A stretch of 64,000 nt of DNA from an uncultured bacterium. Lineage in GTDB: Bacteria > Zixibacteria > MSB-5A5 > CAIYYT01. Location of the stretch: assembly GCA_963726455.1 (NCBI GenBank), contig CAVSCK010000003.1:352001-416000 (forward strand), in the 5' to 3' direction. The position numbers and the translations under genes were made by a program. Shown here piece by piece: positions 9,312-19,437 of the stretch (within the stretch, counting starts at the first letter, position 1; every line of letters starts with the position of its first letter). The notes under the pieces are model-generated. The model saw nothing but the letters and a program-made list of their open reading frames with translations, had not been told where the DNA came from and did not search any database.

Positions 9312-11394
9312 TTAATCCACCCCGCAAATGACTTGTACGCTGCGTGGTCCCGCGACGGCTACGGAATCGGGTACCAACGGAACAATGCTTTTCACAAAAC
9401 CGGACCCCTGAATGGCGAAGTTGTAACCCCATTCCATCAACTTGGGAACGGCTGACCGCAGGGACATGCCGACCAACTCATTGAGCTGGTTGGTGTAGGT
9501 TGTATCCGGGTCGGCGAGATAAAGTATCAGACGATCGCCCGCGAGCAGCGGTGTGCCTGCGGCAGGAATCTGACGCGTGATAATATCGCCGGCATTGATA
9601 AAGGCGATATCGAGCTTAAGAGTATCGAGCAGGTCTTCAACCGTTGACAGCGTGTGTCCCTGCAAGTCGGGAACTCTGATTTTCACCGGCGCCTGCTTGA
9701 CCTGTTTGGCGGCATATTCAGGAGATGTCGGAAGATGCTGCATCGTGGCGATACGCTCGGCGATGTTCTTGAAAATTCTTCCGGCGGTCATGCCGGCATA
9801 ATGCACGGGCTGGGGATCATCGAGCACCACGACACCGACGGCGATCGGATTGTCGGTCGGGAAAATATCCGGCAAATGTAGAGGTATAGCGATTCTGGTA
9901 GTAACCACCGTTTTGCGGGTCGGGTTTCTGGCCGGTGCCGGTTTTGCCGGCGAAATCGACCATATCGGATTTGCTGTATTTGGCGGTGCCGCTGTCGACG
10001 ACTTCTTCCATGAATTCGCGAATGATCGCACAGGTTTTCGGCGAGAGAAAGGTTCTGATCTTGTTCGGTTCGGTTCGCGCGATGACGTTGCCATCCGGCC
10101 CGATCACTTCTTTAACGATATAGGGCTGATAAAGTGTGCCATTTGACGGGATCACACTGAAGGCCGAGGCCAATTGCAGCGCGGTGATGCTGACGCCATG
10201 TCCCATCGCCATCGAGGCAGTAAAGAAATCAGACCAGACCGACGGCTCATGCATGAGGCCGTTGGCCTCGCCGGGAAGATCGATGCCGATTTTTCTGCCG
10301 AAGCCGAAGTACTTGGCATATTTGAAAACATTCTTGGATCCGAGACGAAGGGCGACGCGCGCAATGCCGATGTTCGACGATACCTTGAATATTTCACGGG
10401 TCGACAGGGCGCCGTGCCGGTGGTCATCGTGAATCAGTTTGCCGGAGAAGTTGGCGACACCATTGCCGCAGTCGAAGCGCTGTTCGGGACGCACCGCGCC
10501 ATCTTCGAGTGCGCCGGCGGCACTGACCAATTTGAACACGGAGCCGGGCTCGAAAACGTCGGAGATCGATTCATTCTTCTGTGACGCGCCGCCGGCGGAA
10601 TGAGGATAATAGGCGGCCATCGCCAGGACAGCGCCGTCATTCGGTTTAAGCAGGATGACGATTCCGGATTGCGCTCCGAACGTATCGACGCCATGTTGCA
10701 GTTCCTCTTCGATGATGGATTGCCAGTCGAGGTCGATGGTGAGGGTGACATTGTTGCCGTTGCGCGGAGCGACGACGTCTTTACTGCCAACACGATAGAT
10801 TTTGCCGACGGCATCGCGCTCGACTCTGGATTTGCCGTCGGAACCGATCAGGCGCGGATTGAGGGCATATTCGAGTCCGGAGATGCCGTTGTTATCAACA
10901 TCGACGACGCCGAGCAAATCACGGCCGAGTTCATCATTCGGATAAACGCGCTGCATTTCTTTCTGGTGAAAGAGCCCGGGCAGTTTGGCGGAAGCCAGAA
11001 GTTCGCTTTTGTCGTCGGGTAGCTTACGCGCCAACCAGGTGAAGGCATCGAGTCGCGAGGAGAGGGTTCTGCGAAGCTGATTCGATGGCACGCCGACGAA
11101 GGGGGAAACTTGATCGGCAATTTTGAAGGCATCCTGCTCATTCTGGGGATAGGCGAAAAATGAACGCCGGGCAACATTGGCGGCCAAGGCGCGTCCTTTG
11201 GCGTCATAGATACCACCGCGCTCGGCGGGAACGATGATCTCACCGTTGGTTTGATGGCTGGCGATGCGGTAATAATCGTCGCCGTGCACGAGCTGGATGC
11301 TGACCAGACGTGCGACGAGGGTACACCAGACCGCGCAGAGCAAACCGATCAGGAGATATACTCTGCCACGAGAAATGAAGAACCCCGATGTCAT
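9312..11394 (-). CDS. ftsI: Class B penicillin-binding protein FtsI with C-terminal PASTA domains; one +1 frameshift near 9860
   Basis: ORF 9817..11394 has TM, dimerisation domain, EPGSVFK (SxxK), SSN, KTGT. ORF 9312..10094 continues (FAGYFP|TDNPIAVGVVVLDDP; VPDLQG and LVGMSLR PASTA-like). Junction TAT TTT C CCG ACC has one extra base. Confidence 0.92.
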
Positions 11395-11397
11395 TTT

Positions 11398-11967
11398 CTA
11401 CTTGATAGCTTTCTTGCGCGCCGCGGGCGCTATTGATTTTGCCGTCGGTTTGGCAGCGAGTTGCTGCTTATCGTCTTTCCGTTTACTATCGAGCTGTTGC
11501 GTCTTGGCGGATTTCTTATGCGGCGAAGCAGATTTCGCCTTCACGGTCGCGGATTTCTTGGCAGTCGGTGTGGCTTTGGCAAGTACGGGCGTTTTGGCCG
11601 CAACCGGAGTCGTCACGGATTCGGCGTTGGCCGGTGTGACGTTCGGCTTGGTGGTGGTGAAGCTGGCCAGGAGCAGTTCCTGTGGCGGCAACAACGCCAG
11701 GTCGCGGCGGGCAATGTCTTCGATGCGCTTAAATGAGGCGAGTTGATTGATGTCGAACTCGAGCGACTGCAGGCGATCCTTAAGGTCGTGCACCCGCTGA
11801 CGCGTCTGGGCATTTTCCGCCGCCAGCCGCAATGTATAAACACGCTCCCAGACAAACAGATAGCACAGGCCAACGAACAGCACCAGCAATCCGGCTGAGA
11901 GCAGAAACGTCCGTTTGCGACGGCGCACAACGCCGTCCTCGTACTTAGTCCTCTTTTTCCCTGTCAC
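11398..11967 (-). CDS. ftsL: Cell division protein FtsL-like with long K/A/T/P-rich C-terminal tail
   Basis: Between rsmH and ftsI; basic N-terminus, one TM, coiled coil, 'LASFKRIEDIARRDLAL'. Confidence 0.8.
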   Translation of the reverse strand: MTGKKRTKYEDGVVRRRKRTFLLSAGLLVLFVGLCYLFVWERVYTLRLAAENAQTRQRVHDLKDRLQSLEFDINQLASFKRIEDIARRDLALLPPQELLLASFTTTKPNVTPANAESVTTPVAAKTPVLAKATPTAKKSATVKAKSASPHKKSAKTQQLDSKRKDDKQQLAAKPTAKSIAPAARKKAIK

Positions 11968-12015
11968 GATCGCTTCCTTGCATTCGTCTCGGTGCCGAGA
12001 CTGATTACGCCCTTA

Positions 12016-12951
12016 TCAAACTGCCAATTTGCGAGCCGCGCGCAGCCGTGCGCTGCGAGCCCGCGGATTTGCCTCAATCTCATCCGCAGACGCTTTAATC
12101 GCCTTGCGGGTAATTTTTTCCAACATGGGCTTGCGACCACACACGCATTGCGGCAGGTCGCGCGGACAAGTGCAGGGATTCTCCTGAGTGTTAAAGAATT
12201 CCTTCACCATTCTGTCCTCAAGCGAATGGAAACTGATAACCGCCATCACGCCGCCGGGCCGCAAGCTCGCTTGCACTCTACCCAATCCGGTTTCCAGTTG
12301 GCCGAGTTCGTCATTGACCCAGATTCTCAGCGCTTGCCAGATCTTGGCGAGATACTGATTGCGTTTACCGCCACGAAAGTGTTTGGACACCACATCTCTC
12401 AAATCTGCCACTGTATGCAGCCGCCCTTCGTTGGCAGCATCAGTGATGCTTCTCGCAATTCGCCCCGCATTGTCGACTTCGCCGTAGTTCCGAAGTATCG
12501 TTTTCAGCTCTTCAGCCGAGACTGTTGCCAGTTTTACACTCAGCGGTTCACCTGAGGTCCGGTCAAAGCGCAAATCGAGTGTATCCGTTGCCTGCTGGAA
12601 AGCGAACCCGCGCCCGGAGGCCTCGAGTTGGAGTGAGGACAGCCCCAGATCCAGCAGTGCGAAATCGACCGCGCCGAATTTGTCGGCCGCCAGATGGCGG
12701 TCGATATCGGCGTATGAGCTATGAACGAAAGTTATCTGATTCGGAAAATGCGCCAACCGCTTCCCTGCGATTTCCAGCGCATCGACATCCCTGTCAAAGC
12801 CGACCAATTCTGCCTCTCTCCCCAACTGACTAAGAATTGCCTCCGCATGACCACCACCACCGACGGTACAATCGACCACGATCTTCGCCGAGTCGGGTAC
12901 GATTGCCAAAACTTCTGTTAGCAGCACCGGTTTATGAAGCCGGTTGTTCAC
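12016..12951 (-). CDS. rsmH: 16S rRNA m4C1402 methyltransferase
   Basis: HKPVLLTEV, DCTVGGGGHA, DLGLSSLQL, QALRIWVNDEL, ISFHSLEDR, NPRARSARLR. Start reassigned to in-frame GTG 12951. Confidence 0.96.
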   Translation of the reverse strand: MNNRLHKPVLLTEVLAIVPDSAKIVVDCTVGGGGHAEAILSQLGREAELVGFDRDVDALEIAGKRLAHFPNQITFVHSSYADIDRHLAADKFGAVDFALLDLGLSSLQLEASGRGFAFQQATDTLDLRFDRTSGEPLSVKLATVSAEELKTILRNYGEVDNAGRIARSITDAANEGRLHTVADLRDVVSKHFRGGKRNQYLAKIWQALRIWVNDELGQLETGLGRVQASLRPGGVMAVISFHSLEDRMVKEFFNTQENPCTCPRDLPQCVCGRKPMLEKITRKAIKASADEIEANPRARSARLRAARKLAV

Positions 12952-13396
12952 CTTTGCCGTACAGTTTCTCCTGCACTTTCGATCGAGGTTGGTTCTTCTT
13001 GGCCAGATATTCCTTGAAGTTGGCCTCAGTCCAAATCTCAATCTTTCTGCCGGCGCCGAGAATGAGCACTTCCTTGTCGATTCCGGCCTCCTCCATTAGG
13101 AAGGGCGGAATTATGATCCTCCCCTGGGGATCTGTGGGAGCAGGTACTGCGTTGGAGTAGAAGAGGCGGTTGAAATGATTCTCGTCCTCACCCTCCAGCG
13201 CGTTTTGGGGTCCCAGCTTGTCAACGATGGCATCCCAATCCGTCTGGCAGTAAAGTTCGAGACATCTTTCCGTCCCATTGTTCAACATGAAGTTGGAAGA
13301 GCCGCGGATCACAGCAGTGTCCCGCAATCTCTTGGGAACGGCAATTCTGCCCTTTCCATCCACAGCAACTATGTAACGACCGAAATACGATGCCAC
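12932..13396 (-). CDS. mraZ: dcw transcriptional repressor MraZ
   Basis: Two AbrB-like repeats (VDGKGRIAVP; DPQGRIIIP...KIEIW); first gene of dcw cluster. Confidence 0.92.
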   Translation of the reverse strand: MASYFGRYIVAVDGKGRIAVPKRLRDTAVIRGSSNFMLNNGTERCLELYCQTDWDAIVDKLGPQNALEGEDENHFNRLFYSNAVPAPTDPQGRIIIPPFLMEEAGIDKEVLILGAGRKIEIWTEANFKEYLAKKNQPRSKVQEKLYGKGEQPAS

Positions 13397-13406
13397 GAGA
13401 ACCTCT

Positions 13407-13474
13407 TACTCACCACGATTCCCCCTGTTTCCCCACGAATGCCCAAATATTGGGTTAAAATCCCAATCTGTCAA
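13407..13474 (-). promoter_or_regulatory. dcw promoter with MraZ-binding boxes
   Basis: Minus strand: TTGACA (13474-13469), then four 10-bp-periodic boxes TTGGGCATTC / GTGGGGAAAC / AGGGGGAATC / GTGGTGAGTA just upstream of mraZ, matching the GTGG(G)-repeat MraZ operator. Confidence 0.8.
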
Positions 13475-13642
13475 GCAAAAAACGTAAAAATCTTACGGTT
13501 TTCCCAACTCCCCACAGGTATGGGAATTAGCCGATACCATTTTCGACCTCTGAGGATGCCTAAACTGGATGTTTCAATCTGGGATAGGGCTAGTGAGATA
13601 CCGGACAAAGGATTACAGACCGATTCTTCAGTTCCCTGACTG

Positions 13643-13658
13643 CGGCACGGGCTTTGCG
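13643..13658 (+). promoter_or_regulatory. Putative sigma-54 (-24/-12) promoter of the C25 peptidase gene
   Basis: CGGCACGGGCTTTGCG: GG-N10-GC spacing, close to TGGCACG-N4-TTGCW; ~35 nt upstream of ATG 13693. Confidence 0.6.
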
Positions 13659-13692
13659 AATAGATGTGCTGTAGAAAGTGAGCGCATAAAAC

Positions 13693-16071
13693 ATGAGAAG
13701 AAGTCTGTTCTGGGTGGCGGTGCTGGCGATTGTGGTTACGGGTTCAAACGCATTGGCCGAAAGCCGGTTATCGTTTGAGTACGATTGGCAATCTCTCCAA
13801 AGTGCGGGTATTCCGAGCAACAGCAAAAGGTTCGTAAGCGGGACTTCCCTATCGTCCCTCTCCAGTCGTGGGCTACGCGAAATCAGCCACCTGCAGTTTC
13901 TCGTCCTTAGCGGGCAGGTGGATTCGGTGATGGTAAACAGATCGGAACCGTTTTCGGTGGAGAGCGCGAAGATAGAATCGGAACATGCGGTGACGACTTT
14001 CTCGGGGGACGATATTCGCGGCGAGGACTATTATCGACAGGCGATTGATACTTATTCGATGCGTGACCGTGAGATAAATCCCGCTCAGATAATCGAAAGC
14101 AAGACGAACGTGGGCGGCAAGGAACTGCTGACTGTCGGAGTCAAGACGATTGATCAATGTCAGCCGCAGCTGTCGGCGACCGGGTTTGGGAAGATCGCTC
14201 TAGTATTTTATGGCAGCGATGATCTGCAGGTTGAGCAGATTACTGATGCGCGCGAGTTGATGCAACTTGCGGCGGAGGAATCGCGTGACTGCGTTCTCAG
14301 CGGATCGGCGGCGAAAGTGACGGGTGATTCGTATCCGGAATATTTGATCATAACCAATGATGATTTGGCACCCGCGTTCCAGCCGCTGCTGCGGTGGAAG
14401 TCAATCAAGGGCCTGGCGTCCGGAATAATAAGAATGAATCAAGTGTTAGCGATTTCGTACGGCGTGGACGATGCCGAGAAGCTGCGCAATTTCCTGATTG
14501 AGATGTACAACAACGGCACGCGCTATGTGCTGTTGGGTGGTGACGAAACAGTGGTGCCGGTGCGCTACGCATTTCCCTCGAATACGACATCCATGCCGAC
14601 ACTGGACATACTGCAATTGTGCGATCTTTACTATGGCGACGTAAACGGCAACTGGGATGTTGATGGCGACGGAGTTTACGGCGAGCCGACGCAGGACAGC
14701 CCAGATCTCAACGCCGAGTTGCTGGTGGGACGATTGCCTGTCTGCACACCCGCGCAGGTTACAGACTATGTCAGCAAGCTGATCACGTACGAGCAGAATC
14801 CGCACAACGGAGACTATGCGTATTTGAACAAGTCGCTGTTCGTGGCAGCAGACCAGATGCGCGATTACGGTGGCGGCGTGGGACAACATACGTTGTTGGC
14901 GCAGTCGATGCCGGCACAGGTGATTTCCGACACGACCGACTTGATTGAAGCGCCAACTGGTTTTGCGGACAATCCCTCCTATCCCCTGGCGGCGAATTCG
15001 ACGGCGAAGTTGGGAGACGGCTGGGGCATAATCTCGCTCTTAATACACGGAAGGGGCGACGGCTGGATCATTCGTTCGAATCAATACAATCAGTGGCCGA
15101 AGTCATTTATTCTCACCGCGACCGGCACGGATGATGGACACGGGTATATGTCAAATATCCGGTCGAACGGCATGCCGGGGCTGGTTTATTCGGTGGGCTG
15201 CAACAACGGGGCGTTTGATCTGGATTTGCCGCCGTTTCCCTCGGCCAATCCTACGGTGGCGACGGCGTTTCTGACCAAGCCGGATGGTGGCGCGGTGGTG
15301 TTTGTGGGATATTCACGCTGGGGCTGGGTAACGACCTCGTGGCAAATTGAACAGGCGTTTCTCGACTATCTGTACAACACGAACGCCAATCCGGCGGAAG
15401 CGTTAAGGTATGTCAAGTTGCAGTATTCGTATTATCGCGACGAGTGCTATGGCCTGAATCTTGACGGCGATCCGGAGATGAAGATCTGGACAACTTTGCC
15501 ACAGACGATGACGCTGTCGGTTCCGCAGAGTTTACCGGCCGGTGCGGGTGAGTTCGAAGTGACGGTGAGGTCGGGATCGACGCCGGTTGCTGGCGCGCTG
15601 GTGTCAGTGGTCAAGAATGATTCGATTGCGACACAATTGCTGACGGATGCGAGCGGCAAAGTCACGATGCCGATTGAATACAGCGTGTCGGATACATTCA
15701 AAGTATATGCTTTCAAAGCCGGCTATGCCACGGCGACGCAACGGCTCAATCCCCAGTTAGTGCTTGGAACGGATGACGACGTGCAATTGCCGAAGGCGTT
15801 CGAGGTCTTTCAGAATTATCCCAATCCGTTTAATCCGGCGACAACGATTGCGTTCCAGACCGATCGTACGGGTGATGTAACGCTGGAGATCTTCAATATT
15901 CTCGGCGAGAAGGTTAAGACGGCGATGGCAGAACCGCTGGCGGCGGGTCGCCATGAAGTCTCGTGGGACGGTTCGGATGATTCCGGTGTGCCGGTGAGTT
16001 CGGGCGTCTACTTCGCGAGAATCCGGACAGAAGATCAGAGCGCGATAGTTAAGATGTGTTTGATGAAGTAG
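13693..16071 (+). CDS. C25 family (gingipain-like) cysteine peptidase with C-terminal FlgD-Ig/T9SS-type sorting domain
   Basis: Signal peptide; YLIIT...WKSIKG, YVLLGGD...VP, DLYYGD, VGRLP, catalytic HG (LIHGRG) and Cys (SVGCNNG), LDGDP; C-terminus QNYPNPFNP...IFNILGE...WDG...SSGVYF...KMCLMK. Confidence 0.88.
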   Translation: MRRSLFWVAVLAIVVTGSNALAESRLSFEYDWQSLQSAGIPSNSKRFVSGTSLSSLSSRGLREISHLQFLVLSGQVDSVMVNRSEPFSVESAKIESEHAVTTFSGDDIRGEDYYRQAIDTYSMRDREINPAQIIESKTNVGGKELLTVGVKTIDQCQPQLSATGFGKIALVFYGSDDLQVEQITDARELMQLAAEESRDCVLSGSAAKVTGDSYPEYLIITNDDLAPAFQPLLRWKSIKGLASGIIRMNQVLAISYGVDDAEKLRNFLIEMYNNGTRYVLLGGDETVVPVRYAFPSNTTSMPTLDILQLCDLYYGDVNGNWDVDGDGVYGEPTQDSPDLNAELLVGRLPVCTPAQVTDYVSKLITYEQNPHNGDYAYLNKSLFVAADQMRDYGGGVGQHTLLAQSMPAQVISDTTDLIEAPTGFADNPSYPLAANSTAKLGDGWGIISLLIHGRGDGWIIRSNQYNQWPKSFILTATGTDDGHGYMSNIRSNGMPGLVYSVGCNNGAFDLDLPPFPSANPTVATAFLTKPDGGAVVFVGYSRWGWVTTSWQIEQAFLDYLYNTNANPAEALRYVKLQYSYYRDECYGLNLDGDPEMKIWTTLPQTMTLSVPQSLPAGAGEFEVTVRSGSTPVAGALVSVVKNDSIATQLLTDASGKVTMPIEYSVSDTFKVYAFKAGYATATQRLNPQLVLGTDDDVQLPKAFEVFQNYPNPFNPATTIAFQTDRTGDVTLEIFNILGEKVKTAMAEPLAAGRHEVSWDGSDDSGVPVSSGVYFARIRTEDQSAIVKMCLMK

Positions 16072-16074
16072 GCG

Positions 16075-16106
16075 GATTGCTTCGTCGCCCCGCTCCTCGC
16101 AATGAC
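16075..16106. repeat. REP-like palindromic element
   Basis: GATTGCTTCGTCGCCCCGCTCCTCGCAATGAC directly after the C25 stop; resembles a widespread GATTGCTTCG...CTCGCAATGAC extragenic palindrome. Confidence 0.6.
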
Positions 16107-16126
16107 AGGGCGTAGTTCTACCAGAA

Positions 16127-16240
16127 AATAAACGCCCTCACCCTCGGTTCGTATTCCAAAGAATAAACGCCCTCACCCTCGGTTCGTATTCCAAAGAATC
16201 AACGCCCTCACCCTCGGTCCCTCTCCCAAAGGGAGAGGGA
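16127..16240. repeat. 35-bp tandem repeat (2 exact copies + partial third) ending in a REP-like hairpin
   Basis: AATAAACGCCCTCACCCTCGGTTCGTATTCCAAAG at 16127-16161 and 16162-16196; third unit becomes CCCTCACCCTCGGTCCCTCTCCC-AAA-GGGAGAGGG. Confidence 0.9.
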
Positions 16241-16272
16241 AGAATGCGCACCTCACGAAGATGGGCTCAGTC

Positions 16273-17145
16273 TTAGGAGGCGGTGATGGAGATGGCCTCG
16301 CGGTAGATTGCGCGAAGGATGGCGCTGAGGGAGAGAATGGCGGCGGCAACGGGACGCAGCGCTGCTTTGGAGCCGCGCAACTCGTGTTTGGAAAGATAAC
16401 GGTAGAAGCTGCGATGCGAGCTGAAGACGATCCAGCCGCGTTCCTTGCGGGTCGATCCGGCGACGGCATGGTAGGCCCTGGCGTCGGGATCGAAGAGAAT
16501 GCGATGACCGGAATCGATCAGGCGTTTGCAGATGTCGACGTCGGAGAAGAAGATGAAGAAAAGTTCGTCCCACGCGCCCAACTCTTGCTGAGTTGAGCGT
16601 CGCATCAAGAGCGCCGACGACATGGGTTGTTCAACGTAAGCGCGGGTCTGGTGATCGAAGTAAAGATTCTTCCACCTACCAAAGCGAGGATTGCGTCGAA
16701 ACAGGCGCGACAGTCCGCAATGCTCGTAGATCAGAGTTGAGAAGGCCGGGAAGTTGCGAACGCTGAACTGAATAGAACCATCGCGGTGCAACAACTGCGG
16801 CGCGACAGCACTTACCGGCGGGTCGGATTCGAGATCGGAAATGAGAAGTCGAGTGCAATCGGGCGTAAGTTCGACATCGGGATTGAGAAAGAAGAGGTAG
16901 TCGCCGGTCGCGGCTGCGATCGCCTGATTCACGGCTTGTGTATACCCCTTATTTTCAGAATTGACGATGATTTTGGCTTGCGGCGACAGCGACGTCACGA
17001 TGCGGCAGCAGTTGTCGGCGGAGTAGTTGTCGACCAGAATAATCTCGCGCTCGAAGTTGCCGGATTGCTGCTGGATCGACGTGATGCCAGCGGCAATGGT
17101 GTCATTTGACTTATAGGCCACCAGCAGGTACGAAACCAACGCCAT
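16273..17145 (-). CDS. Glycosyltransferase family 2 (WbbL-like)
   Basis: ILVDNYSAD, NKGYTQAVNQAI, FFLNPD, WDELFFIFFSDVDIC. Confidence 0.88.
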   Translation of the reverse strand: MALVSYLLVAYKSNDTIAAGITSIQQQSGNFEREIILVDNYSADNCCRIVTSLSPQAKIIVNSENKGYTQAVNQAIAAATGDYLFFLNPDVELTPDCTRLLISDLESDPPVSAVAPQLLHRDGSIQFSVRNFPAFSTLIYEHCGLSRLFRRNPRFGRWKNLYFDHQTRAYVEQPMSSALLMRRSTQQELGAWDELFFIFFSDVDICKRLIDSGHRILFDPDARAYHAVAGSTRKERGWIVFSSHRSFYRYLSKHELRGSKAALRPVAAAILSLSAILRAIYREAISITAS

Positions 17146-18395
17146 CAGAATAACTCCTCAATCTTCGCCAACAGGCCCGCGAGCTCGCTCTGTCGTTCGA
17201 AGTGATCGACTCCGGTGCGGATGTACCTAGAGGAAGTACTTTCTCTGGTCGCGACTTGCTTCATCGCGTCAACGAATTGCGCGGCGGTATCGACAATAAG
17301 AACGCCGGGGAAATTGTATTCCTCCAATAACAGGCGTGCGGCATTTCTGGGCGGGAGAATCGCGATCAGGGGCGGTTCCGCGCGCAGTAATTCGAACAGC
17401 TTGGAAGGAATAATATAGGATGTGTCGAGCGAATCCGAGAGCATGATGATGTTGGCGGCGTGGCTGCGAACGGCCTGAATACTTTGACGATGTGGAAGGT
17501 AGCCCAAACATTGGAATCTCTCTGCTAGTTGATAGCGCGCCAACAGGGCGTCGAAGTTCGGAAAGTCCAGGTAACCGATGTGCCGCAAAGAAATCGGCGT
17601 GCCGGAAGCGCTTCGTGCCTGACCGATCCAGTCAAAAAGCTTCTCGATGCCTACGAGCTCATTCAGAGTGCCGTAGATGCCGAAGCTGGAGTTGCGCTCG
17701 ACGACGCGGTCGGCAAAGTCTGATTCGTCATAGCCGTTAGGGAGGAAATGATAATCGACGGCAGCATTGATTTCGGTGCGAAGATACTCAATCGTCAGCG
17801 GCGACGTGGCGGTGATCAGATCAGCGACATCGGTAATATCTTTCAGATATGACGCTGCCTTGGATCTATATGAGTCGGATTGCTCGGCCAGCGGAAGCGA
17901 TCCCCAAATATCGCGGAAGTCGGCGATCCAGGCCGGGTTCTTGTGCCCGCCGAAATTGAGTCCGAGTTGATGAAGAGACACGGGCGGAGACGTGGTTATC
18001 AAGATGTTTCGTACGTCAGGCCGCAATATCTTTGATAACTCAACTGACGCCGGACGGACGAAGCCAACTTTGGAATCAGGAAAAAGTGCGTCACTCGCAG
18101 TCGATTTGAATTTTCTGCCCAGCTTCAGCAATGGTTTCAGGAAAGGAACTCTTCTCGCTAATCGCGCTGGATCAGTTGAGCCGGCACGGTAAACTTTGAC
18201 AGCGGAGCTGAGTTGGTCTAGTTGCGTGCGGTCATATACGGGATATGAGATCGGTTTAACAGTCAGCACAGACACGGGGTATCCCAGCCCGGCGAAGAAG
18301 TTCGCCAGCGCCAAAGGCCGCGCGGTTCCTGCCAGCCCGAGTGGCGGGAAGTAGTAACTCGCGATGATGAAATGTCTATCGGCGTGGGTATTCAT
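17145..18395 (-). CDS. Glycosyltransferase family 4-like (GT-B fold)
   Basis: IASYYFPP, TTSPP, ADFRDIW, PNGYD, IPSKLFE. Confidence 0.8.
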   Translation of the reverse strand: MNTHADRHFIIASYYFPPLGLAGTARPLALANFFAGLGYPVSVLTVKPISYPVYDRTQLDQLSSAVKVYRAGSTDPARLARRVPFLKPLLKLGRKFKSTASDALFPDSKVGFVRPASVELSKILRPDVRNILITTSPPVSLHQLGLNFGGHKNPAWIADFRDIWGSLPLAEQSDSYRSKAASYLKDITDVADLITATSPLTIEYLRTEINAAVDYHFLPNGYDESDFADRVVERNSSFGIYGTLNELVGIEKLFDWIGQARSASGTPISLRHIGYLDFPNFDALLARYQLAERFQCLGYLPHRQSIQAVRSHAANIIMLSDSLDTSYIIPSKLFELLRAEPPLIAILPPRNAARLLLEEYNFPGVLIVDTAAQFVDAMKQVATRESTSSRYIRTGVDHFERQSELAGLLAKIEELF

Positions 18396-19437
18396 CGATC
18401 AACTTTCGAAAGGCGAGATCGGCAATTCGCATTTGGTCCTCGCGGATGCCCTTTTGGGCGAGCAGAGGTTCGTACCCGGCGTATGCCTGTTCGCGCGACT
18501 GACGTAATGCACCAAGTCTGATTTTTGCCGCAAGGTCGGCTGCATTAGAGGGCTGAAAGAAGTGTCGGTCATCCGTCAGCCACTCGCGATTGCCGGGAAT
18601 ATCAGTGACGACCGGATAGATTTTCTGCGACATGGCTTCTAACAACGACACCGAAGTCGTGTCCGACAGCGCGGTCGAAACGTAAATGTCGGAGCGGCGA
18701 TAGGCATTGAAGAGCTGTTCGGCGCCGAGCGCTCCTACAAAGGTCACGCGATCTTTGATTCCCAAAGTAGCAACAAGTTTGCGAAGGTCGCCGTCAAGCG
18801 ATCCGGAACCGGCCAGAGTGAGATGGAAACCGAAACCGTCCTCCGCGAGTATTTTGGCAGCGCGAATGAGAGTTTGCAGGTCGTAGAGTGGCTCCAATTG
18901 GCGGCAGCCAAAGATCTGCAGAACGTCAGTGTCCGTAAGGGGACGCACCCGGCCACTTTCGTACCAGGCGCGGCTTACGCCGAAGCTGACGATCAACTGC
19001 CTTTTGAGAGGAGCAAACTTTGAAGCGGCGTCGATGGCACATTGCGCATCGGCAACCACGAGATCGGCGCGACGCAACACAAAGCGACTGCGCCAGCGAC
19101 GTAACGCGCCATGATCGGCGGAAAGCAGGATATCCGAGCCCCAGAGCGTGAGCGCCATAGGATGAACATTGACCATGGCGGCGGTCAGGCCGTACGTCGG
19201 GAGAAAGTGGGCGTTGATCAGATGCGGCTGGAATTCGGCGACTAGATTTTGCACCTGGTCAATTATGGAAATATAGCGCAGCGGGCCGGCGGCGGATTTG
19301 GTAACGAGCCGGTGGCCGCTGAAGCCCTCGATAAAATCGCATGAGGCAACCAAAGTCTCCCAGCCAAGTTCGTTGAATTCCTTTTGCCAACGAGCGATGT
19401 GGGGCGAGATAGCTTCGGCGAGAAAGAGGATTCTCAC
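18376..19437 (-). CDS. Glycosyltransferase family 4
   Basis: HIARW, INAHF...YGL, WGSDIL, SDTTSVSLLEAM, TDIPGNREW. Confidence 0.88.
   Translation of the reverse strand: MRILFLAEAISPHIARWQKEFNELGWETLVASCDFIEGFSGHRLVTKSAAGPLRYISIIDQVQNLVAEFQPHLINAHFLPTYGLTAAMVNVHPMALTLWGSDILLSADHGALRRWRSRFVLRRADLVVADAQCAIDAASKFAPLKRQLIVSFGVSRAWYESGRVRPLTDTDVLQIFGCRQLEPLYDLQTLIRAAKILAEDGFGFHLTLAGSGSLDGDLRKLVATLGIKDRVTFVGALGAEQLFNAYRRSDIYVSTALSDTTSVSLLEAMSQKIYPVVTDIPGNREWLTDDRHFFQPSNAADLAAKIRLGALRQSREQAYAGYEPLLAQKGIREDQMRIADLAFRKLIDEYPRR

Noticed and set aside
9850-9870. Programmed frameshift in ftsI at TTTTCCC giving PBP with or without PASTA
   Set aside because: The break is inside the transpeptidase domain and fits the window-wide TTT/TTC double-allele artefact.
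1-13400. Long plus-strand ORFs (1..435, 693..1652, 6577..7293 etc.)
   Set aside because: Antisense shadows of GC-rich dcw genes with no recognisable motifs.
16127-16240. Possible mini CRISPR array (35-bp units)
   Set aside because: Units are head-to-tail with no unique spacers, and no cas genes were seen.
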